NCBI GenBank assembly: GCA_963741095.1
Contig: CAVUGN010000002.1
Coordinates: 1-64,000, forward strand
Direction of reading: 5' to 3'
DNA length: 64,000 nucleotides
From: an uncultured Candidatus Micrarchaeota archaeon
Lineage (GTDB): Archaea; Micrarchaeota; Micrarchaeia; Micrarchaeales; Micrarchaeaceae
The translations under genes and the position numbers were made by a program. Below are positions 38,601-47,365 of this stretch, piece after piece. Positions within the stretch are counted from its first letter, which is position 1, and every line of letters begins with the position of its first letter. The notes below the pieces were generated by a model. It ran no database searches and was not told where the DNA came from. It worked only from the letters and a program-made list of their open reading frames with translations.

Positions 38601-41137
38601 GTTCGAGCCCTTTTGTCGTCAATGGAGTTGGCGCATGGACTTTCACAAACAACCAGCCGTTGCCGAGCGTGGATGCCCAAGGCGAAGTCGTGTACGGGAA
38701 CATCATCTACACCATAGGAGGTACGATAGGCGTCTCGTATTACAGTAATGCGGTCTACTATGCGCCGGTATCGGGCACAGGTGCTGGCGGTTGGACCGCG
38801 ACCAAGAATTACCCGATAAACGTGTTATTTCAAGGCGGGAGTTGCGTTGCATTTAACCAAAACATATATTGTGTGGGCGGCGAAGACAATTTGGGGCATA
38901 TTTTTAATGCGGTTTATTACGCCCCGATACTTGCCAGCAATGCGCTGGGGTCTTGGACCGCGACCACGAATTATCCGCTTAACGGATTGGAAGTGGATTG
39001 CTTGCTATCCAGTAGCAACATCTACTGCGTAGGTGGCTTAGGCACGTCCCCAAAATACAATGCAGTATACTACGCGCCCATACTCGCAAGCAATGCGCTG
39101 GGGTCTTGGACTGGGGTAACCAACTATCCCGTGAATACAATGGACGCGAGCTGCAATTTGTATGGCAATAACATCTATTGTGTAGGTGGCTTCGCTGCCC
39201 TCAGAACCAACTCAGTATACTACGCGCCCGTACTTTCCAGCAACGCGCTGGGGTCTTGGACCGCGACCACGAATTATCCCATAAATACGGTTACCCCATG
39301 CGTTCAGTATAGCAACTCGATTTTCTGTACGGGTGGCAGCACGACGGGCCCCAACACGAATGCAGTATACTATGCGCCCATACTTTCCAGCAACGCGCTG
39401 GGGTCTTGGACCGCGACCACGAATTATCCGGTGAATGTAGCGAATGAAGGCTGCGTCGGCTATAGCAACGACATTCTCTGCGTTGGCGGGACTACGGGTA
39501 CCGGGAGCACTTACACTAATTCCGTTTACTATGCGCCCATAACGGGCGCTGGTGGTGCCGGGGCAAGCGTAGGCGCTTGGACGCTTGCAGGGACCACGAC
39601 GATATCTGTTTCCAATTTCCCCACATGTGTGCTGTCAAACAGCATAATCTATTGTTTGGGCGGCGAGCAGCTTGTGGGAGGGGTTACATATAACAGCGTA
39701 TACTACGCGCCCATACTCGCAAGCAACGCTCTTGGCACGTGGAACCAGGCGGCGACAAATTACCCGTTCTCGCTTGGTTATATTAGCTGCTCCACATACA
39801 ACAGCGTGATTTACTGCGTGGGTGGATTGACCATTGGCCTTCATGGAGTCAACAGCGTCGAATACGGCCTGGCGCAGAGCACAGGGGTGAGCACGTGGAC
39901 GCCAGGCGGCAACTATCCGTTCTCCTTGTACTCGACGTCATGTGTCACGGATAGCAATATGATCTATTGCATTGGTGGCAGCGGTAGTACAAGTGGGCCC
40001 ACTTATAACAGCGCTTATTATGCCCCGATATATGCTAACACTGCAATAGGTAACTGGGTAAGTATGACGTCTTATCCCGTGAATGCCAACCCCGATTGCA
40101 TGGCGTACAACAACGACATCTATTGCATAAGTGGGCCAAATAACAACATTTACTACGCGCCCATACTTGCCAACGCTGCAATAGGCACATGGTCGTCAGG
40201 CACGGCAAATTATCCGTTGGTTTCGGCGGGCGGCTGCGTTGCATACAGCAACGACATCTTTTGTACGAGCGGAAGCAGCGATGGGCTATATGATGGTGGT
40301 TCAAACTCCATTTATTACGCCCCTATCTCTAGCACCGGAGTTGGCGCCTGGACGTATCTAGTAACACCCCTCTTCCCGATGAATACGTTCGAGCAATACT
40401 GCGCCACATTCGGCAATGCGATATACTGTGGGGGTGGAGTGACACAAGGTGGCACCCAATTCTGGCCCCAGTTCTACTGGGCGTATTTGACCGGCACTAC
40501 GGTCTCGAGCGGCAGTAGCAGCACGATTTTCGGCACGCCGCCGTACAGCTATTATTATTATGTTGCAAACGCCATCAACAACTTCGTCATGCAGATCGGG
40601 TCCGACGTCAGCGACTTCGCGACGTCCAACACCTTCGCCTGGACGATACCCTCGAACATGGGCGGCAACGTCCTTGTCGCGAACGTCGTCATCACGGACA
40701 GCGCGACCACGCAGGCCACCGCGAACTCCATCTTCAGCAACGTATTAACTATACCGGGTGCCGGCAGCGCGTGCCTGACAAATTCCGCTCCGAGCATGAT
40801 AAATTTCGGCAGCATCAACCCGACAAACAGCGTTAACACCCAGAACCAGATCATTGATACCAACTCCGGGAGCGTTGCAGCATACATGTATGTGTTCGGC
40901 GGCAACTGGATTGTGACAAGCTCGCAGCTGAACGGCTTCGGCATAAGCAACACCACCTGGGCCACGGGCAGCGGCGTGTCTTATGCATCTGCAACAAAGC
41001 TGAGCACAAGCCCGTACAACACCTTGCAATTGGTACCTGCAGGAGGCAGCAACTCGGTGTGGTTCGGCCTCAATATACCGCCTGCTACGACGGCAACGAC
41101 ATTCAACCAGATCATAACGATAGAGAATTCGTGTTGA
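35660..41137 (+). CDS. Giant secreted adhesin: PGF-pre-PGF-like domain, Ig repeats, 12 Kelch-like repeats, C-terminal pilin-like domain
   Basis: Signal peptide; VYQFVQI..NFTVP.AW..WNPL.T..SFSAY; 12x IYCVGG..N.VYYAPI..GSWT.T.NYP; ends FGLNIP...IITIENSC; no TM anchor. Confidence 0.8.
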   Translation: MERKATLLCALLAAVLLSIGISAQGNVTSSLNTTSAATSVNLTMSNDPVAYGETQVLTAALLGGAGPFIYNFLVYNASGVLEASVLTPYISPSNYSFPVLQQAAWGFGVFTANVVAIDSAYPGIPVANSILYVVQSTTTTSTASSTSSSASTSTSTSSTVSLATLPGNAMNATNSISPTMPHNVISVGTGAKATLAYQNGGNKGMVMIQGNAIRLAASRSVLREVDVGLAATNLTVNVSITNQSQVPVSFAQPAASVYQFVQINGSIANSVSTDIDQYITSVTYNFTVPSAWIGSMGTNAASILLFKYSPSLQTWNPLTTTLIGSNQTSYFYSATSNSFSAYVVGFVTGSGSATANTVSNTIVTGGYAYATYFWGGAISTVGRNSIGATATTSSWTVDGNYLVRSTTASATSNFNTVVIGHNSLNSAAFTTNFIKSANGNVVNAIIAGIGANVIFANGKAYSSNGVGTAATVLTFNAAANSFIVLVYASAGTVMSAFSTNAPGSSLAVNVVSASGSVDQVAIQTVNSLTSAVGSFNAVISTATSASKSMVAYVFPPYAVNLVDNPATGSIMTSNMVGGPNTYASGQTINVIGTQSINAIVPTGYRFASWTVSSSANLIVTSTSTQNTFLTVEGNGILTANFAPPTVAITSGPTNAIADVGQYEYFTATVTNGNGQPYTYNWIASNAVSGALIGGANMLFTSCTLATNALGWIVGANEPTNSPVAWNVIVTDTLVTYNSVDSGGYGANTALAAGLLTESNTVIDNTQYSLLTANPSGGSMGAGSSYNWFANTVGNPNCNSANVVGGQTLKTYLANPSSTTYYSYNVIDSASTKTTVCNLAGNSITVQSTPSVSTPVPSNVLLDSGQMVVYNTILTSPSGGSSFTVNLVNMGSAGLASSLTGQSAGTLVFVANTPAVGTDTFEVVAADGSTTSPFVFTSGVNTIVVNTAMNPQLSSTPALPATLNTGQTITFNAQVGPLAMGGSSPFVVNGVGAWTFTNNQPLPSVDAQGEVVYGNIIYTIGGTIGVSYYSNAVYYAPVSGTGAGGWTATKNYPINVLFQGGSCVAFNQNIYCVGGEDNLGHIFNAVYYAPILASNALGSWTATTNYPLNGLEVDCLLSSSNIYCVGGLGTSPKYNAVYYAPILASNALGSWTGVTNYPVNTMDASCNLYGNNIYCVGGFAALRTNSVYYAPVLSSNALGSWTATTNYPINTVTPCVQYSNSIFCTGGSTTGPNTNAVYYAPILSSNALGSWTATTNYPVNVANEGCVGYSNDILCVGGTTGTGSTYTNSVYYAPITGAGGAGASVGAWTLAGTTTISVSNFPTCVLSNSIIYCLGGEQLVGGVTYNSVYYAPILASNALGTWNQAATNYPFSLGYISCSTYNSVIYCVGGLTIGLHGVNSVEYGLAQSTGVSTWTPGGNYPFSLYSTSCVTDSNMIYCIGGSGSTSGPTYNSAYYAPIYANTAIGNWVSMTSYPVNANPDCMAYNNDIYCISGPNNNIYYAPILANAAIGTWSSGTANYPLVSAGGCVAYSNDIFCTSGSSDGLYDGGSNSIYYAPISSTGVGAWTYLVTPLFPMNTFEQYCATFGNAIYCGGGVTQGGTQFWPQFYWAYLTGTTVSSGSSSTIFGTPPYSYYYYVANAINNFVMQIGSDVSDFATSNTFAWTIPSNMGGNVLVANVVITDSATTQATANSIFSNVLTIPGAGSACLTNSAPSMINFGSINPTNSVNTQNQIIDTNSGSVAAYMYVFGGNWIVTSSQLNGFGISNTTWATGSGVSYASATKLSTSPYNTLQLVPAGGSNSVWFGLNIPPATTATTFNQIITIENSC

Positions 41138-41225
41138 GTGGGTATCGTGGATGAGCAAACAATTGGTGAAAATTCCGCTATTAAACAAACAGAAGGGTTT
41201 TTAATTATTAGTTATGAAACCGTAA

Positions 41226-42215
41226 ATGGCGATCAGGATGGAAGAAATGCACAGTAGACCGATTTATGCAATACTTTTAATAGGGGTATTAGCGGCAGCC
41301 ATGGGGATATTCCTGGCTGTTCAGGCTATGCCGTTGGCGATGGCCGGAACGACGACAAATACGGTGACGGCCAACGTGAACGTGCAGGGCATCTGCTGGA
41401 CTGCGGCGCTGCCGAATCCGGCAACATTCGGCAATGTGAACCCCAGCACCGCTTCGGTTACGAACCTGCAGGTCACCGATAACGACGTTGGCGGCAACAT
41501 GGCGGCATTTCTTTGGATAAATGCAAACGGCAACATAAACAGCGGCAACTGGCAATGGGGAACCAACACGATACTCGTCGGCAACACGGTCTACAACGCG
41601 ATCAGCCAGGGCGCATACCTCGGCAACACGCTGACAACCACGCCCACGAACACGAACATCGCCCTGGCTGCACCAACGCTTGGGGCGCCGACAAACTCTG
41701 TCTTCATATACTTCGGACTGAACATACCTGGCGGCACTCCGGGGGGATTGTACACACAGGCATTGGTCTTCAACAACATATGCACCACGACAAACGCGAA
41801 CACCCTGAGCCTGACTGCGAACGTGCAGCAAGTATGCTACACTACGACGACTCCGAACGCGATAACGTTTGGCAACATGTACCCTGGTACTACGTACCCC
41901 GCAAACGTTGTCGTTACGGATAACGATGTCGGCGGGAATGTAGGAGCGGCGATGTACGTCGAGGGTCAGAATCCAAATTGGGTGTTCGGTTCAAACAACA
42001 TAGCGGTCTCGAATACAGTGTACAACGCGATCAGCCAGAGCACGTACCTTGGCAACGCGCTGACCACCTCGTTCGTGAATACGAACATTGCCATAGCCGC
42101 ACCCACACAGGCTACCCCGTACGCAACGGCCAATGTGTACTTCGGAATGGCTGTGCCAGGGGGCACTGTTGCGGGTCTGTACACAGAGAACATAATCATC
42201 GAGAATTCGTGTTGA
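41226..42215 (+). CDS. Secreted protein of two tandem Csu/SCPU-like pilin domains
   Basis: 2x TANV...C......TFGN...YFG..(I/V)PGGT..GLYT....C; ends IIIENSC. Confidence 0.72.
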   Translation: MAIRMEEMHSRPIYAILLIGVLAAAMGIFLAVQAMPLAMAGTTTNTVTANVNVQGICWTAALPNPATFGNVNPSTASVTNLQVTDNDVGGNMAAFLWINANGNINSGNWQWGTNTILVGNTVYNAISQGAYLGNTLTTTPTNTNIALAAPTLGAPTNSVFIYFGLNIPGGTPGGLYTQALVFNNICTTTNANTLSLTANVQQVCYTTTTPNAITFGNMYPGTTYPANVVVTDNDVGGNVGAAMYVEGQNPNWVFGSNNIAVSNTVYNAISQSTYLGNALTTSFVNTNIAIAAPTQATPYATANVYFGMAVPGGTVAGLYTENIIIENSC

Positions 42216-42224
42216 AGTGCTAAC

Positions 42225-42989
42225 ATGAAAAATCTATTACCTGCGCTGTTGGGCAGCCTTTTATTGATTTTGGTATTGTTTGGGGCGTCTTATGCCCAGA
42301 TTGGAGAGGTCGCAGGACCGTTGAATTTCAACGTTAGCATTGGGACCAGACAGTCGCTGGGCTTGACAATAGTGAATGGAGGCAGTACCGGTTCCATCTC
42401 GTACATGTCGACGCCGACCATAACCACCGTGATACCTAATTCTACAACTCCGCAAGTGACCGTAACACCGATGAATGGGACCATACCGCCGCGCTCGATG
42501 GTCCATCTGAATGTGACAGTGTACATGCCAGGCGGCAAGAACAGGGCAGGAATGGTGTGGAACGGGTACATATCCACAGTCGAATTGACAGACAACTCTG
42601 TTACCAGCGGAGCGAACATACAGGCAGGGGCGCTCAAGATAATGACGATAACTGCTGCGCCACCCAAATTCCAGGAGATATACATACTAATCGCAGCGCT
42701 TGCCGTCACCTGCGTGGGCGTAGGAGCCTATCAGGTAGTGAAGAGGCAACGCGCCAAGAAGGTTGCTAAGAGGGCCAGGACGAAGGCTGCGGTGAAGGTA
42801 AAGAAGGCCGCGACTGTTGCATCGGCAAAGGTGAAGAAGGCCGAAGGGAAGGCAGCGGTGAAGGTAAAGAAGTCCGCGGCCACCGCATCGGCAAAGGTGA
42901 AGAAGGCCGAAGGGAAGGCAGCGGTGAAGGTAAAGAAGTCCGCAAGAACCGGAAGGGCAACAAGAGGAGGGAGGCGGGCCAGAAGGTAA
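42225..42989 (+). CDS. Membrane-anchored PapD/MSP-like Ig protein with Lys/Ala-rich cytoplasmic tail
   Basis: Signal peptide; LTIVN..VTVTPMNGTIPP..LNVTV; TM; AAVKVKK repeats. Confidence 0.65.
   Translation: MKNLLPALLGSLLLILVLFGASYAQIGEVAGPLNFNVSIGTRQSLGLTIVNGGSTGSISYMSTPTITTVIPNSTTPQVTVTPMNGTIPPRSMVHLNVTVYMPGGKNRAGMVWNGYISTVELTDNSVTSGANIQAGALKIMTITAAPPKFQEIYILIAALAVTCVGVGAYQVVKRQRAKKVAKRARTKAAVKVKKAATVASAKVKKAEGKAAVKVKKSAATASAKVKKAEGKAAVKVKKSARTGRATRGGRRARR
42789..42943 (+). repeat. 66-bp tandem repeat (~2.3 copies) encoding the basic tail
   Basis: gcggtgaaggtaaagaag at 42789, 42855 and 42921. Confidence 0.9.
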
Positions 42990-43097
42990 CCGCATCCTCT
43001 CTTACCCCAAGGGCTATTCCTAAAGACAGCCTTGCTGAGTAGACGCAGGAAGGTTTAGAGCTATAAATAAAGCCTATGAAGATTATCTGGTGAGGTC

Positions 43098-43712
43098 ATG
43101 AGAAAAATAATCGTACAAAATATGGTATCATTGGATGGCTTCATAGCAGGACCTAATGGGGAATTTGACTGGCCTCTTGCGGACCAGGAATTTGAGCAAT
43201 ATGCATTGGAAAGACTAAACACTTATGATACCTTTCTACTCGGACGTGTGACTTACCAGATGTTTGCAAGCTACTGGCCTACTGCAATCACTAACACCAG
43301 CGGGACTTTGAGCAAAGAAGGGGTAAAATTCACCGTGCCAAAAGAAGTATCTGACATACACACGGAAGTTGCAAATAAAATGAATTCTTTGCAGAAGATT
43401 GTTTTCTCAAAGACACTCAAAAATGCCGACTGGAACAATTCTAAATTATTTGTTCAGGTAGTGCCCGAGGAGATAATGAAATTGAAACAACAGAATGGCA
43501 AGGATATGGTCATGCTTGGTAGTGCAGACCTTATATCAACATTTACGAAGTTGGATCTAATAGACGAATATCATCTTTTCGTAAATCCCGTTGTTTTAGG
43601 CGACGGAAAGCCTATGTTCAAAGACCTGAATGAAAGGCTTAAACTGAAGCTCACAAAAACAAAGACGTTTAAGTCTGGACTGGTTGGACTTTATTACCAG
43701 CCAGTAAAGTAA
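43098..43712 (+). CDS. Dihydrofolate reductase/RibD C-terminal family protein
   Basis: MVSLDGFIAGP, LLGRVTY, KIVFSKTL, LIDEYHLFVNPVVLGDGKP; AT-rich. Confidence 0.9.
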   Translation: MRKIIVQNMVSLDGFIAGPNGEFDWPLADQEFEQYALERLNTYDTFLLGRVTYQMFASYWPTAITNTSGTLSKEGVKFTVPKEVSDIHTEVANKMNSLQKIVFSKTLKNADWNNSKLFVQVVPEEIMKLKQQNGKDMVMLGSADLISTFTKLDLIDEYHLFVNPVVLGDGKPMFKDLNERLKLKLTKTKTFKSGLVGLYYQPVK

Positions 43713-43839
43713 CCCCTTTTGGAAAAGGCATGTACGCCCCACCCCGTCAACCGGCAGTAAACTCGAGATCGCGAGAATATCCCGCGAAAATGGAGAAGGG
43801 GTGCAAAAATCTGTTTGGTATATAACCCCTGATGCGGTA

Positions 43840-43946
43840 TGGGCCCGGTGAGATTTGAACTCACGACCTACGGCTTTCCTGGTGGGACCTTCACTGAAAG
43901 CCCCACGTATAAGACCGTCGCTCTAACCAGGCTGAGCTACGAGCCC
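43840..43946 (-). tRNA. tRNA-Ile(UAU) with 32-nt canonical intron (43876-43907)
   Basis: GGGCTCG/CGGGCCC acceptor stem, ACGGT-CT-TAT-A / A-GCCGT anticodon arm, intron hairpin GTGGGG/TCCCAC. Confidence 0.9.
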
Positions 43947-43998
43947 ACAACTTTAATGGTAATGATAATCTAATCAAGGTATTTAATCCGTTGGCTGA

Positions 43999-46900
43999 TC
44001 AGGGCATGGTGTAGTTGTTGTGCACCCATGAAGGCTTTGGCGGCACCGGAGGCAGCCCGCCGGTGTAGTTGTTCAGCGCGAATATCCTCACCGCATAGGT
44101 CCCGTTGACTAGGTTGACCCCGGTGGCGTTCGTGACCGGGTAGACCTGTGTGAAGCCCGGCAGGTTGCCGAGCATGAAGCCCTTGTAGTAGTTCGAAGTG
44201 TAGAAGCCTGATGGCGCGTTATTCACTATGCCGGTGGCGTCGGGCAGGTATATCATGAGGAACTCGACAAAAGGCGTGCCGCTGACGTTCACCACGCCGA
44301 GATAGTATGAGGATTGGATGACCGCATTCATCTTCACGCCGTTGGAGCTGTAGACCCCGAGAACGCCGCTCTTGTTCGGGTTCGGGCTGACGCAGACCGT
44401 GTTGTTGGAGAGCGAGCTGCCGATGACCAGATAGGCCTTGGCGTAGATGCTGTTGCTGGTTGAGATGGAGCAGTAGTTGTTTATGCTCTGCTGCGTCTCG
44501 TTGGGCACGAACACAGATAGGGGTATTAGCGCGTACTGCGGGTCGTTGTCGAGCTCGCACTGCGAGGTGCCGAGCACGTAGGGAACCCCCTGCTGTGCTC
44601 CCTGGGCCATCGCGTAGGCCTCTGAGGTCGCATTGACGTTTATGCAGGCCAGGAAGTCGAGTGCCTGCCATTTCGATATGAGGTCCTCGTCCATCAGCAC
44701 GTACTTCGTTTGATTGGAATTCATGAAGTGTGCAAGGCTTTGTGGGGTGTAGTTGTACTTCTGTCCCAGCACGAGGTTCGCCGCGGCCGCGTAGTCTTCT
44801 GCCGCTACTGCGTTGTCGCCGCGGAGGAAGGCGTTGGCGTTGCCGAACCAGTTGATCCAGTCGCCATAGTCCCACCAGGACAGCACTCTCGGGGCGTTGG
44901 TGTTTATGTTGGTCTTTATCCATGCCATGGTGTTGAGCCAGTATTTCGGCACCGTGTTGCAGAATATGCTCTCTCCCAGGACGTTGTTGTTGTTTGTGAG
45001 CGTGGTGCAGGCGGTCGTTGGCGTGGTGCTGAAGACGAAGAGCGCCCTGAATGAGGACAGCATCGATGCGCTCTCACCATAGAAGAACATGCGCTGCGCT
45101 AATCCGATGAACGAGAGTATCAGCAGCAGTATCATCAATCCGAGGAACAGGTAGTAGACCGTGCTCGGCTTCTTCTGCGAATAGTTGCGCAGCGCGAGGT
45201 ACGCGAGCAGTATTGACGCGACGATCGCGCCGAACATGAAGAAGACCCCGACCATCAGGACGAGGTTGGCTAGCGTGCTGTGCTCGGCGTAGAAGCTGCT
45301 GCTTATGTGGCCCGCCTCGTCGTACGCAGACCTTACCTTCAGCTTGAAGTTGTCCTGCGCGAGGTACATGACCTCACCGAGGACGATGCAGAACATTATT
45401 ATGTAGGCGACGCCGAGGTGCGGGAGGTACTTGACTTCAGAGAAGCCCGCGAAGAGCAGTGGCAGGGCTATCGCCATGTAGAGTATGCCCGTCCTGTTCC
45501 GCCTGTAGATTATGCTGATTGCCAGCAGGATGATCGACGCTGCAGAGATGATCCATACCAGGAGCGGGACGCCGAAGATGTTCGCGCCTATCGCGCCGAA
45601 GCCCTGGGCGCCGAAATTATAAAGCAAACCGGTCGGGATGTATTCCTGCACCGTCATGAAGAGAGGTTTTGAGGGCGTTGTGAACCTTGCGCTCAGGTTA
45701 AGGTAGGACTTGATCGGCCCGCCCAAAGGCGTCAGCAGCAGCACGGCCAGCGCGACTACGATTATGGCGAATATGACCAGCGCTCTCGATGCGGCTTTGG
45801 AGTACTTGCTCGCGGTGCCGATGAACTCGGATATCTTGGGCGCAAGCATGTTCGACAGGTATTCCGCGACCACGACAAACAAAAGGCTGAAGAGCGGGAA
45901 GGCGACTATCACGGGTATGTCCAGCAGGTTGGGTATCCTGTTGGCGAGCGTGGAGCTGTAGGGGTTGTAGACCGCGTAGAAAATTATTATGATCGCCAGC
46001 ACCCAAGCATTCATTGTGTAGAAATCCTTCAGGTTCTCCTTCCTTGTTATGCCGATTATGCCCTGAAGTACTATGTAAGCGGCAAGTATGCCGGTGGTGA
46101 CCGTGTAGTAGTGTGCGCCGAGGAAGTTCGAGGCGAAGGCGATGCCCGCAAGGATCGCAAGTCGCTTGTCCTTCGGATTCCTGACCGCAAGCAGGTAGCT
46201 TGCGAGGAAGAAAAACAAGGCGAATATGCCCCACGGTTCGAGGAGCTGCTCCCCGGCGATGAATGTTGTGTACAATACGGGCATCATCATGGCTAGCGCT
46301 GCGCCGATGAGCCCTATCTTCTCGTCATATTCGTGGTACAGCAGCTGGAAGACCACGAAAACAAGCAAGGCAGCAGTTATTGGAGGATAGAAGCTGCCGA
46401 CGTAGCTCATAAGGTTGGTGTTGAATGTCGCGTAGTGCGGCCCCAGCACATTCGCCAGGTCGTACCAGTAAGCTTCGAGGTAAGGTATCAGAGGTTCCAC
46501 CCTGAGCACCGTGCCAGCTGCCACGCCGGGCCATGCCGAGGGCGAGAGCAGGACCTGATAGCCGTAGGTGATCACTGATTCCGTGTTGAGCATGTCGAAG
46601 TATGGGTCGAACTCGAAGAATTTCGGCGCCACGCTGATGTTGAACATCCTTGTAGCGAAGCTGAGAATCATTATTATCAGAAGCACGGTCCAGACGGCCC
46701 ACATCTTGTCGCTTTTCTTCGACTCCTTTGCGGGTGTGGTTACGGGTTGTATGTCCTTGAGCAGCAGCTGCTCTTCGCGCATGTGCTCCTCGAGAAGCCT
46801 GTTCTGGTCTTCGGTGTGCAGCGCGGAGATCTTGTCCTTCTCCTCTTTGGTGAGCCCCGATGCGAGGCGCATTTCTTCTTGCTGCTTCGAATGCAATGCC

Positions 46901-47322
46901 TTTTCCTCGTCTATGTGCCTACTGACTATCGCCTCTCCCTTCGGCATCATCGAGAGTATCTGCCTGGCGTCCTCGACGACGGTCTCGTTTCTCGATGGAT
47001 TTGCCTTGGGCTTGCCGGCGATGAGGGCCTTGAAGTCCTTGAAAACGCCTTCGGTGTAGCACAGCACCAGCCCCACCAGCGTCAGGAAGAGCACGTTGAC
47101 TGCGAAAAGCGTCAGAGAGAAGCTGAAGAAGTGTATGTAGTCCATCAGGTAGGATTCCAGCCAGGTGAGGGTAGCTGGTCCGATCAGGCCGAAGATAACG
47201 CCTATGACCGTTATCTCGAAAGCGTGCAGCTCTGTTTTTCTTAGAAGCGCGAAGGAGAGCAGCACTCCAGGAACTAGTATGGATAGGAACGCCACCAGTA
47301 TCGTTGCATCTATCCCGAACAT
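43999..47322 (-). CDS. aglB: Oligosaccharyltransferase AglB (STT3) with N-terminal TM and coiled-coil extension
   Basis: FEFDPYF, TVQEY, SWWDYGDWI, DLISK. Confidence 0.9.
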   Translation of the reverse strand: MFGIDATILVAFLSILVPGVLLSFALLRKTELHAFEITVIGVIFGLIGPATLTWLESYLMDYIHFFSFSLTLFAVNVLFLTLVGLVLCYTEGVFKDFKALIAGKPKANPSRNETVVEDARQILSMMPKGEAIVSRHIDEEKALHSKQQEEMRLASGLTKEEKDKISALHTEDQNRLLEEHMREEQLLLKDIQPVTTPAKESKKSDKMWAVWTVLLIIMILSFATRMFNISVAPKFFEFDPYFDMLNTESVITYGYQVLLSPSAWPGVAAGTVLRVEPLIPYLEAYWYDLANVLGPHYATFNTNLMSYVGSFYPPITAALLVFVVFQLLYHEYDEKIGLIGAALAMMMPVLYTTFIAGEQLLEPWGIFALFFFLASYLLAVRNPKDKRLAILAGIAFASNFLGAHYYTVTTGILAAYIVLQGIIGITRKENLKDFYTMNAWVLAIIIIFYAVYNPYSSTLANRIPNLLDIPVIVAFPLFSLLFVVVAEYLSNMLAPKISEFIGTASKYSKAASRALVIFAIIVVALAVLLLTPLGGPIKSYLNLSARFTTPSKPLFMTVQEYIPTGLLYNFGAQGFGAIGANIFGVPLLVWIISAASIILLAISIIYRRNRTGILYMAIALPLLFAGFSEVKYLPHLGVAYIIMFCIVLGEVMYLAQDNFKLKVRSAYDEAGHISSSFYAEHSTLANLVLMVGVFFMFGAIVASILLAYLALRNYSQKKPSTVYYLFLGLMILLLILSFIGLAQRMFFYGESASMLSSFRALFVFSTTPTTACTTLTNNNNVLGESIFCNTVPKYWLNTMAWIKTNINTNAPRVLSWWDYGDWINWFGNANAFLRGDNAVAAEDYAAAANLVLGQKYNYTPQSLAHFMNSNQTKYVLMDEDLISKWQALDFLACINVNATSEAYAMAQGAQQGVPYVLGTSQCELDNDPQYALIPLSVFVPNETQQSINNYCSISTSNSIYAKAYLVIGSSLSNNTVCVSPNPNKSGVLGVYSSNGVKMNAVIQSSYYLGVVNVSGTPFVEFLMIYLPDATGIVNNAPSGFYTSNYYKGFMLGNLPGFTQVYPVTNATGVNLVNGTYAVRIFALNNYTGGLPPVPPKPSWVHNNYTMP

Positions 47323-47365
47323 GAAACCAAGTTGTAATAGAAGGTATTTAACTGTTGGGAAATGT

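Noticed and set aside
42990-43838. 8-bp inverted match (accgcatc/gatgcggt) flanking the DHFR-like gene as transposon ends
   Set aside because: Too short to exceed chance; no transposase or target-site duplication.
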